From the NCBI RefSeq assembly GCF_042854845.1, contig NZ_AP031498.1:4918600-4982599 (forward strand): a stretch of 64,000 bases of DNA, given 5' to 3'. The stretch comes from Maricurvus nonylphenolicus. GTDB taxonomy: Bacteria; Pseudomonadota; Gammaproteobacteria; Pseudomonadales; Cellvibrionaceae. Made by a program: the position numbers and the translations under genes. Within the stretch, counting starts at the first letter, position 1, and each line of letters opens with the position of its first letter. Under the pieces are notes generated by a model that made no database searches, had not been told where the DNA came from, and was given only the letters and a program-made list of their open reading frames with translations. This document shows, piece after piece, positions 58,072 to 64,000 of this stretch.

Positions 58072-58839
58072 TTAACGCTGAAGGCTCTCACCAAGCCGAA
58101 CGGGACGGTAGCTAGTATTGTCCACCCCTTTCTCTCGATAGACCTCAGCCAGCGCCTCGGATAAGGGCTCGGCCAGTGCCTGATTTTGCTCACTGAGATA
58201 CATATATACCGGCAGCTTTATCTCCGAGGCCCCTAAGCGATAGAACTGCTTGTCTACATGAGCGTTTAGAAAAGGCTCCATCACGACAGGAGCCAGGAAC
58301 CAATCCAGCTGCTCAGACTTTAACATCATCAACATCTTTTTCATGTAATGCCCATAATGTGGCGTCACCGGTTTCGGGCATTGGAAGAGTTCCTGCAGAC
58401 GGACAGAAAACTCGTCAAAGCCCATCAGCATTCCTATACGTTGTTCGCAAATAGAGTCTAACTCTCGCTCTTTCATGCCATAAAGGTAAATAGGCACAAC
58501 AGCGAGTTGAAATTCCACTCTGACCAGACTTGGGAATAATTCCTTAAGCATGGGAGACTGAAACAACAAACCATCTGATTGCCCACTCAAGGCGTGATGA
58601 ATGGCCTGCTTACCGGGTTCGAAACGAACATCAAAGTCATGACCGAGTCGCTTTAACGCTTCCTGTATATTGTCATACCAAAGCTGATCCTCGGGCGCCC
58701 CTAACCGGCCAATAAAATCATATTCGGTAAAAACCAATTTCTCTGCATAAGCGAGAGGCGCCCATAGTAGCAAGCAAAGATAAAAGCAAATTGATTTTTG
58801 CATATAAAGCAGCCTGGATATACCCAAGAAAAAAATCAC
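58072..58839 (-). CDS. periplasmic substrate-binding-domain protein (family-3 SBP-like), function unknown
   Basis: Signal peptide, about 230-aa mature alpha/beta protein. Confidence 0.4.
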   Translation of the reverse strand: MIFFLGISRLLYMQKSICFYLCLLLWAPLAYAEKLVFTEYDFIGRLGAPEDQLWYDNIQEALKRLGHDFDVRFEPGKQAIHHALSGQSDGLLFQSPMLKELFPSLVRVEFQLAVVPIYLYGMKERELDSICEQRIGMLMGFDEFSVRLQELFQCPKPVTPHYGHYMKKMLMMLKSEQLDWFLAPVVMEPFLNAHVDKQFYRLGASEIKLPVYMYLSEQNQALAEPLSEALAEVYREKGVDNTSYRPVRLGESLQR

Positions 58840-58874
58840 ACGTATAAATAACCATAGCAGATACCATGCGAGCT

Positions 58875-58911
58875 CGATTTATCCTGGGTAATTATTTACC
58901 AGGATAAATCG
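58875..58911. promoter_or_regulatory. near-perfect 37-bp palindrome CGATTTATCCTGGGTAA-TTAT-TTACCAGGATAAATCG
   Basis: Lies between the hmp stop and the SBP-like gene. No U-tract, so it is more likely a protein-binding site than a terminator. Confidence 0.3.
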
Positions 58912-58931
58912 AGACGTTATCCATAGAGACG

Positions 58932-60131
58932 TTACACCTCAGCGACCAACTCCTCCTCGCTCAAATCCTCCAACGGCCCAAAGAACTCAAAATGCGTTTG
59001 CTCTGCCGGAATCCCAAGATCAGGCGCTGCGTTATACACAAGTTTCATAAAAGGTTTTGGCCCCAGGAAATACAAATCCAGATCACGAGCTTCAGGTAAT
59101 AACTGATCCAACTTTTGCTGATCAATAAAACCTGTCAGATCACAATTATCCTTAGCTAAGGGCTCACTGTAGATCGTCGTCAGTTTAAGATTCGTGAACT
59201 CACTGGCGAGATATTCCAACCAGGATTTAAACGCATGGTGACGACTGTTAATCGCCGCATGAATAAAATGCACATCGCGCCCAGTTTGCAGCGCAGGCAA
59301 TAACATACTGATCGTAGGTGTAATACCGACACCACCGGTTAGTAAGACCAACGGCTTTTGACTACTGCTCAAGGTGAAATCACCACAGGGCTGTGTAAGC
59401 TTAACAATATCCCCCACGATCAAATCATCATGAAGATAATTCGATACCAAACCGTCGACTTCGCGTTTTACACTTAAGCGGTAGAAGTCTTCACCCGGTG
59501 AATTCGACAGAGAGTAGTTACGTCTTACGGTTTTATCGGCAATGGTTAGGGTAATCGCCGTGTATTGCCCCGGTTCAAATACAGCCAATTCACCACCATC
59601 TACGGGCTCAAAGTAAAACGAAGTAATCACATCACTTTCTACCTGCTTGCGTACCAGTACAAACTCACGCTCACCGCGCCAGCCGCCTGGCAGTGTTTCA
59701 TGTTGCTTATAAACACTCTCTTCCGCAGCAATCAGAATATCAGCCAGTTGTTGGTAAGCTTCGCCCCAGGCAGCAATCACTTCATCGGTCGCAGGCTCGC
59801 CCAGCACTTCGCGAATCGCAGCCAATAAGCACTCACCAACAATCGGGTAGTGTTCTGGCAAGATGTTGAGTGAAGCGTGTTTTTGTACGATAAGGGAAAC
59901 CGCATCGCCCAGCGCCTCCAACCGATCCAGATTTTCAGCATAGGCAATAACCGCATTGGCCAGTGCTTTACGCTGACTACCTTCCAGTTGGTGCGCCTCA
60001 TTAAAGTAGGCTTTTACTTCTGGGTAACGCTCAAACATTAACGGGTAAAACACGGAAGTAATGGCTACCGAGTTGGGCTTTACAACGGGTAGCGTCGCAT
60101 TGACGATATCTTTGGCTTTTTGGGATAACAT
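58932..60131 (-). CDS. hmp: flavohemoprotein (nitric oxide dioxygenase)
   Basis: N-terminal globin, then an FAD-binding domain (RNYSLSN), then an NAD-binding domain (GGVGITP). Confidence 0.9.
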   Translation of the reverse strand: MLSQKAKDIVNATLPVVKPNSVAITSVFYPLMFERYPEVKAYFNEAHQLEGSQRKALANAVIAYAENLDRLEALGDAVSLIVQKHASLNILPEHYPIVGECLLAAIREVLGEPATDEVIAAWGEAYQQLADILIAAEESVYKQHETLPGGWRGEREFVLVRKQVESDVITSFYFEPVDGGELAVFEPGQYTAITLTIADKTVRRNYSLSNSPGEDFYRLSVKREVDGLVSNYLHDDLIVGDIVKLTQPCGDFTLSSSQKPLVLLTGGVGITPTISMLLPALQTGRDVHFIHAAINSRHHAFKSWLEYLASEFTNLKLTTIYSEPLAKDNCDLTGFIDQQKLDQLLPEARDLDLYFLGPKPFMKLVYNAAPDLGIPAEQTHFEFFGPLEDLSEEELVAEV

Positions 60132-60162
60132 ATTTATTCCTTTCTATTTTATTTAGCGTCTA

Positions 60163-60525
60163 TCACTGTTGGGCAACCAGGCGATTACCCTTTACCGCAA
60201 CTGCATCACCGGTTTGCCATTGGCGATTCGGCGAGCGAATCACCACTTGCTCGCCATCAGCGAGCTCGACTTCATAGGCATCACCAGCCAGGCCGGCAGA
60301 TTCCTGCACCTCTCCGCCCATCCATAGTCCGGCTAACCCCATCGCAATGGCACCTGCGATTCCACCGGCGGCACCGCCGACTAAAAAACCACTCCAGCCG
60401 CCGAGCATGCGCCCTGATGTCTGATCAGGTACTCGACCTTTTACGTGGCCATTGGAATCTGCTGCAGCCACCATGCTGCCGTAGAGTAAAAGGGTGCTCA
60501 GTAGTCCAGCTTTAACTATTTTCAT
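60163..60525 (-). CDS. small secreted glycine-zipper protein co-transcribed upstream of hmp
   Basis: Signal peptide MKIVKAGLLSTLLLYGSMVAA. GGWSGFLVGGAAGGIAGAIAMGLAGLWMGG Gly-zipper. Start trimmed to the internal ATG. Confidence 0.5.
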   Translation of the reverse strand: MKIVKAGLLSTLLLYGSMVAAADSNGHVKGRVPDQTSGRMLGGWSGFLVGGAAGGIAGAIAMGLAGLWMGGEVQESAGLAGDAYEVELADGEQVVIRSPNRQWQTGDAVAVKGNRLVAQQ

Positions 60526-60560
60526 AAGGATTCTCCTTTCTTTGGCTATCACCCTCCTTA

Positions 60561-60578
60561 TTCCAAAAGCCGTGCCAA
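60561..60578 (-). promoter_or_regulatory. candidate sigma-54 promoter, TTGGCACGGCTTTTGGAA on the minus strand, with a non-consensus -12 (TTGG instead of TTGC)
   Basis: GG/−24 region is perfect (TGGCAC). Spacing to the Gly-zipper gene start is about 35 nt. Confidence 0.3.
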
Positions 60579-60618
60579 TATGTAACCCACTGATATTTAT
60601 AGACTTTTAATTAAAGTT

Positions 60619-60655
60619 GTCTTTTTGACACCAAAGACTAAAATGTCAAAAGGAC
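60619..60655. promoter_or_regulatory. NorR-type binding sites (GT-N7-AC): GTCTTTTTGAC and GTCAAAAGGAC
   Basis: Two sites 26 bp apart, immediately upstream of the norR ATG and upstream of the divergent sigma-54 promoter. Confidence 0.5.
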
Positions 60656-60669
60656 AACATGAGGTCATT

Positions 60670-62211
60670 ATGACAACTCCTGCATTTACCCAGGCGATGG
60701 TGAATATCGTTGCTGATTTATCCCTGCCACTGTCGCCCAGCCAGCGTTATTTACGCCTGCTGGCTGCGTTTAGAAATACCTTCCCCTGTGATGCCACTGC
60801 ACTGCTGCAACTACAGGGACCAAGTCTGGTACCACTGGCGACAGAAGGTTTAAGCGTTGACACCCTGGGAAGATCATTTGAGGTAAGCGAACATCCACGG
60901 CTGGCAAAAATTCTGCAAAGCCGCGAGCCGGTACGTTTTGAACAGGATTGCGCCCTGCCCGACCCTTACGACGGATTGGTGGAAGATGCTCCAGGAGAAT
61001 TGCCGGTACACGACTGCATGGGTGTGGCGCTGTTTATTGATGATACGCCTTGGGGAGTGATTACTCTGGATGCCATGCAACCGGGTACTTTTGATGATAT
61101 TGATCCACTGGAACTGCGTGGCTTTATTCATGTGGCTGAAGCCAGTGTGAAAGTGGCACAACAAATTCAGCGTCTGGAAAATAAGCTCGACCAGGAACAC
61201 AAAATTACCCAGGCGGTGATTAATGAACATCAACAGCCGATCATTGGTAAAAGCAGCGCCATCAAACAATTAAACCGCGAAATTGAAACCGTTAGCCAAT
61301 CGGATCTGGCGGTTTTAATTTGTGGTGAAACCGGTGTTGGTAAGGAACTTGTCGCACGCGAGATTCATCAGCATTCCAGTCGTGCCGATCAACCGCTGAT
61401 TTATGTTAACTGTGCGGCACTACCTGAGAACCTGATTGAAAGTGAAATGTTTGGACATGTTAAGGGGGCGTTTTCCGGTGCCACTCAATCTCGTGCGGGC
61501 AAGTTTGAACTGGCAGATGGCGGCACACTGTTTTTGGATGAGGTCGGGGAAATTCCCCTGCTATTACAGGCGAAGTTATTACGCGCGCTGCAAAGCGGAG
61601 AAATACAGCGAGTGGGCAGCGATGCTTACCTCACAGTGAATGTGCGCATAGTCGCAGCAACCAATCGGGATTTACAAAAAGAAGTCTCTGCTGGTAAGTT
61701 TCGCGCCGACCTTTATCACCGCTTAAGTGTTTACCCCATTAATGTGCCTGATCTGCAAAGTCGGGGCAAAGATATTCTGCTGTTAGCCGGTCATTTTCTG
61801 GAAGCCAATCGTCGGCGCCTTGGGCTTCGTAATGTTCGTCTTGCGCCTGAAAGTAAAAGCCTGCTGTTACAGCATAATTGGCCGGGTAATGTGCGGGAGC
61901 TGGAACACACAATCAACCGGGCACTGCTTAAGGCACGTTATCAGAATGATGATGCCCAGCGGATTACGACGATTGAACCTGAGCATTTGGATATTGAAAC
62001 GCGCCCTGCTACTGAAACCTTTCGGAAAGTTACATTACCGGTCTTAGAAGCGGATCAATTGACACTTAAACAAGCTACTGAGAATTATCAGCGCCAGTTA
62101 ATTGAGGAATCCCTGAAAGATTGTCAGGGTAATCAAGCGCAAGCGGCGAAGGCTTTGGGTGTGGATAGGAGTAATTTTTATCGGTTGTTGAAGCGGTTGG
62201 AGATTAGTTAG
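60670..62211 (+). CDS. norR: nitric-oxide-responsive sigma-54 activator (GAF + AAA + HTH)
   Basis: GAF N-domain. GETGVGKE Walker A, GAFSGA (GAFTGA-like), C-terminal Fis-type HTH. Start set at the ATG that aligns with E. coli NorR. The track start is TTG at 60625. Confidence 0.85.
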   Translation: MTTPAFTQAMVNIVADLSLPLSPSQRYLRLLAAFRNTFPCDATALLQLQGPSLVPLATEGLSVDTLGRSFEVSEHPRLAKILQSREPVRFEQDCALPDPYDGLVEDAPGELPVHDCMGVALFIDDTPWGVITLDAMQPGTFDDIDPLELRGFIHVAEASVKVAQQIQRLENKLDQEHKITQAVINEHQQPIIGKSSAIKQLNREIETVSQSDLAVLICGETGVGKELVAREIHQHSSRADQPLIYVNCAALPENLIESEMFGHVKGAFSGATQSRAGKFELADGGTLFLDEVGEIPLLLQAKLLRALQSGEIQRVGSDAYLTVNVRIVAATNRDLQKEVSAGKFRADLYHRLSVYPINVPDLQSRGKDILLLAGHFLEANRRRLGLRNVRLAPESKSLLLQHNWPGNVRELEHTINRALLKARYQNDDAQRITTIEPEHLDIETRPATETFRKVTLPVLEADQLTLKQATENYQRQLIEESLKDCQGNQAQAAKALGVDRSNFYRLLKRLEIS

Positions 62212-62234
62212 TTTTTCACAGTAGTGATGTTTAG

Positions 62235-62339
62235 TGGATCCCCGTTTTCACGGGGATGGCGAGCAAAAATACATATCAAGCCAACAATAAGTGACAGAGT
62301 TCTTAAGCCACTGGATTCCTGCCTACGCAGGAATGACGG
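62235..62339. repeat. REP-like composite: GGATCCCCGTTTTCACGGGGATGGCG … GGATTCCTGCCTACGCAGGAATGACGG
   Basis: Two palindromic units in direct orientation, between convergent norR and the TonB-dependent receptor. Confidence 0.4.
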
Positions 62340-62485
62340 TGATCAGATTTTTACTTCGGCATAGGTGCTAAAAATACTCTCAAATCAAATACAAAAAAGG
62401 CCCACCTATCCACTTACCGATAAGCAGGCCACCCTAATGCTACGAGAGAGTAGCGTTCTCCATAAATATGGAGAGAGAGAGAAGG

Positions 62486-63994
62486 TTAGAAATTAAACTT
62501 CACTGAACCACCGAAGTAACGATCTGCGGCTTTTGGTACAAACTGAACCACACTTTCATTTGCACCGGTGGCATCTTCGAAGGCTACCAGGTTCGACACA
62601 TAATCCTGATCGGTCAGGTTGCGAACATAGAAAGTTACTTCGTAACGGCCTGCCTGGTCTTCCAGACCAAAACTTAAATCAAACACACCGTATTCGTCTT
62701 GCAGAGTCAGTGGGTTCTGGTCAGCCTGGTACTGAGTCTCTGACTGCCAGCGATAGTTTAACTGCAGGAAGCCATCAACCTCGGTTCCTGGAATGGCTTT
62801 GGTATAACGGCCACCCAATACAATTTTCCAGTCAGGCGAATAAGGTGTTACCTCGCCAGCAACATCTTTGGAACCGTCAATAGCACAGTTAGCATCGGTA
62901 TCCCCAACATAACAGGCGGTTTCAAATTCCTTATACTCGCCATCGAGATAGGTCACACTGGCATTCAGGTTTAGCTCCTGAGTTGCAGCAAACATGGCAT
63001 CAACTTCCAAACCACGCTGGCGGGTTTCACCGGCATTGGTTGGGCGGAAGGCACTATCAACTACGTCATAGTAGGATACCTGTGTATCGGTAAAGTCTTG
63101 CCAGAACAACGCGGCATTAATGCCCAGGCGACCATCCATCAAGCGGCCTTTGTAACCCAGTTCGAAAGCATCAACAATTTCCGGTTCCAGGGGCTCGGTA
63201 AACGCGCTGCCAATTTGCGCACCCGGGCCTTTATAACCACGGGCATAGCTGGCGTAGACATTGGACTCTTCGTTCAACATATACTGCACACCCAGCTTAC
63301 CGGTCCACTCGGTATTGCTAACATCACCGCTGCCTTCATAGTCTGCTATGGGCAAATCACCGGCGGCAAGCACTCCTAATCGTTTCTTGTCCCATTCGAA
63401 CTTGTCGTGCTGCACACGCAAGCCCGCGGTTATCATCCACTCATCCGTCAATGCATAGTCCGCTTGACCAAACAGCGCGTAGTATTGGGTATCGATTTCC
63501 GTTTCATCTGAATCGGATAGATTAACTAGACTGGCAAATGGAGCACTGGCCAAACAATCAGCACCTATACTCACGAATGGAGCACCGAAACATACCGTAC
63601 GCCTTTCCTGAGCGTCAGCTTCATAGGTAGTAGCCCAGAAGAGTGCACCAACAACATACTGCAAATCAGAAGCATCGGTAGACTGTAAACGAATTTCCTG
63701 TGAATACTGTTTGGACAGTTTATTGCCTGTGATAATGCCGCGGAAATAGGGGGTGCCCACACCCATATGGGAAACTGATGGAACATCCTGACCACCGGAA
63801 TCGATATCGATATCGTTATCAAAATCCCAGGAGCGCATGGCGGTGATGGACGTTAACGCATGAGTATCCAGATCCCAATTTACCTCGGCGCTTATGCCCC
63901 ACTCTTCCGCTTCATATTCATTACTGTCATTGATATTAACCTGGCGGTTATCTTCATCAATGCTAAGGGCTTCAGTGCCATTATCATTGACCAC
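62486..63994 (-). CDS. TonB-dependent receptor, C-terminal portion (gene continues beyond the window end)
   Basis: Beta-barrel strand pattern and C-terminal …SVKFNF. Confidence 0.8.
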   Translation of the reverse strand: MVNDNGTEALSIDEDNRQVNINDSNEYEAEEWGISAEVNWDLDTHALTSITAMRSWDFDNDIDIDSGGQDVPSVSHMGVGTPYFRGIITGNKLSKQYSQEIRLQSTDASDLQYVVGALFWATTYEADAQERRTVCFGAPFVSIGADCLASAPFASLVNLSDSDETEIDTQYYALFGQADYALTDEWMITAGLRVQHDKFEWDKKRLGVLAAGDLPIADYEGSGDVSNTEWTGKLGVQYMLNEESNVYASYARGYKGPGAQIGSAFTEPLEPEIVDAFELGYKGRLMDGRLGINAALFWQDFTDTQVSYYDVVDSAFRPTNAGETRQRGLEVDAMFAATQELNLNASVTYLDGEYKEFETACYVGDTDANCAIDGSKDVAGEVTPYSPDWKIVLGGRYTKAIPGTEVDGFLQLNYRWQSETQYQADQNPLTLQDEYGVFDLSFGLEDQAGRYEVTFYVRNLTDQDYVSNLVAFEDATGANESVVQFVPKAADRYFGGSVKFNF

Positions 63995-64000
63995 GGTGGC

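Overview
This 64-kb window is chromosomal DNA, by gene content probably from a marine gammaproteobacterium, at roughly 48-53% GC with one AT-rich patch. It holds about 50 protein-coding genes. I found no rRNA, tRNA, CRISPR array, integrase or transposase. The ORF track uses alternative start codons (TTG/GTG are translated as M), so several true starts are probably downstream of the listed ones; I adjusted a few (MFS transporter, norR, sulfatase, DUF3604, Gly-zipper gene) and say so in their evidence.

Layout by region:
1. 0.06-3.0 kb: sensor histidine kinase plus a periplasmic binding protein.
2. 3.2-22.2 kb: a catabolic island. It has two paralogous cupin dioxygenases (2,4'-dihydroxyacetophenone-dioxygenase-like), an MBL-fold hydrolase, two Fe-alcohol dehydrogenases, a GMC oxidoreductase with a Tat small subunit, a fused epimerase/SDR didomain protein, two SDRs, an MFS transporter, two AraC regulators, a PLP decarboxylase and a TonB-dependent receptor.
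3. 22.35-35.18 kb, all minus strand: a tightly packed 12-gene operon that is the best candidate for an undescribed system. In transcription order: YjfI-like protein, PspA/IM30 (ESCRT-III-like), NfeD/YqiJ-like, flotillin (SPFH), a giant 1769-aa protein with a C-proximal AAA_5 (MoxR/dynein-type) ATPase module, a Zn-ribbon protein, a TerB-like helical protein, two membrane proteins, a transglutaminase-like Cys-His fold protein and a hypothetical. The last six genes are markedly AT-rich. Two TTACATGTAA palindromes sit just upstream.
4. 35.5-41.2 kb: an XRE/MmyB-like regulator divergent from a beta-oxidation-like cluster (long ACAD, MaoC hydratase, MFE-2-type SDR dehydrogenase, thiolase).
5. 41.2-42.3 kb: dsbB flanked by three copies of a ~45-bp repeat, each carrying a perfect DnaA-box 9-mer (TTATCCACA).
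6. 42.3-51.0 kb: glucuronate/hexuronate utilisation (uxuB-like, uxaC, uxuA, kdgK, TRAP dctPQM, GntR/UxuR-like regulator).
7. 51.1-58.0 kb: DUF3604, GH2 glycosidase and sulfatase.
8. 58.9-62.2 kb: hmp and norR with NorR-type sites.
9. 62.5 kb to the end: a partial TonB-dependent receptor.

Three intergenic sites carry the palindrome TGGTATTACCA, linking regions 6 and 7 into one putative regulon. REP/MITE-like palindromic elements ending GGGAATGGCG or GGGGATGGCG occur at three sites.
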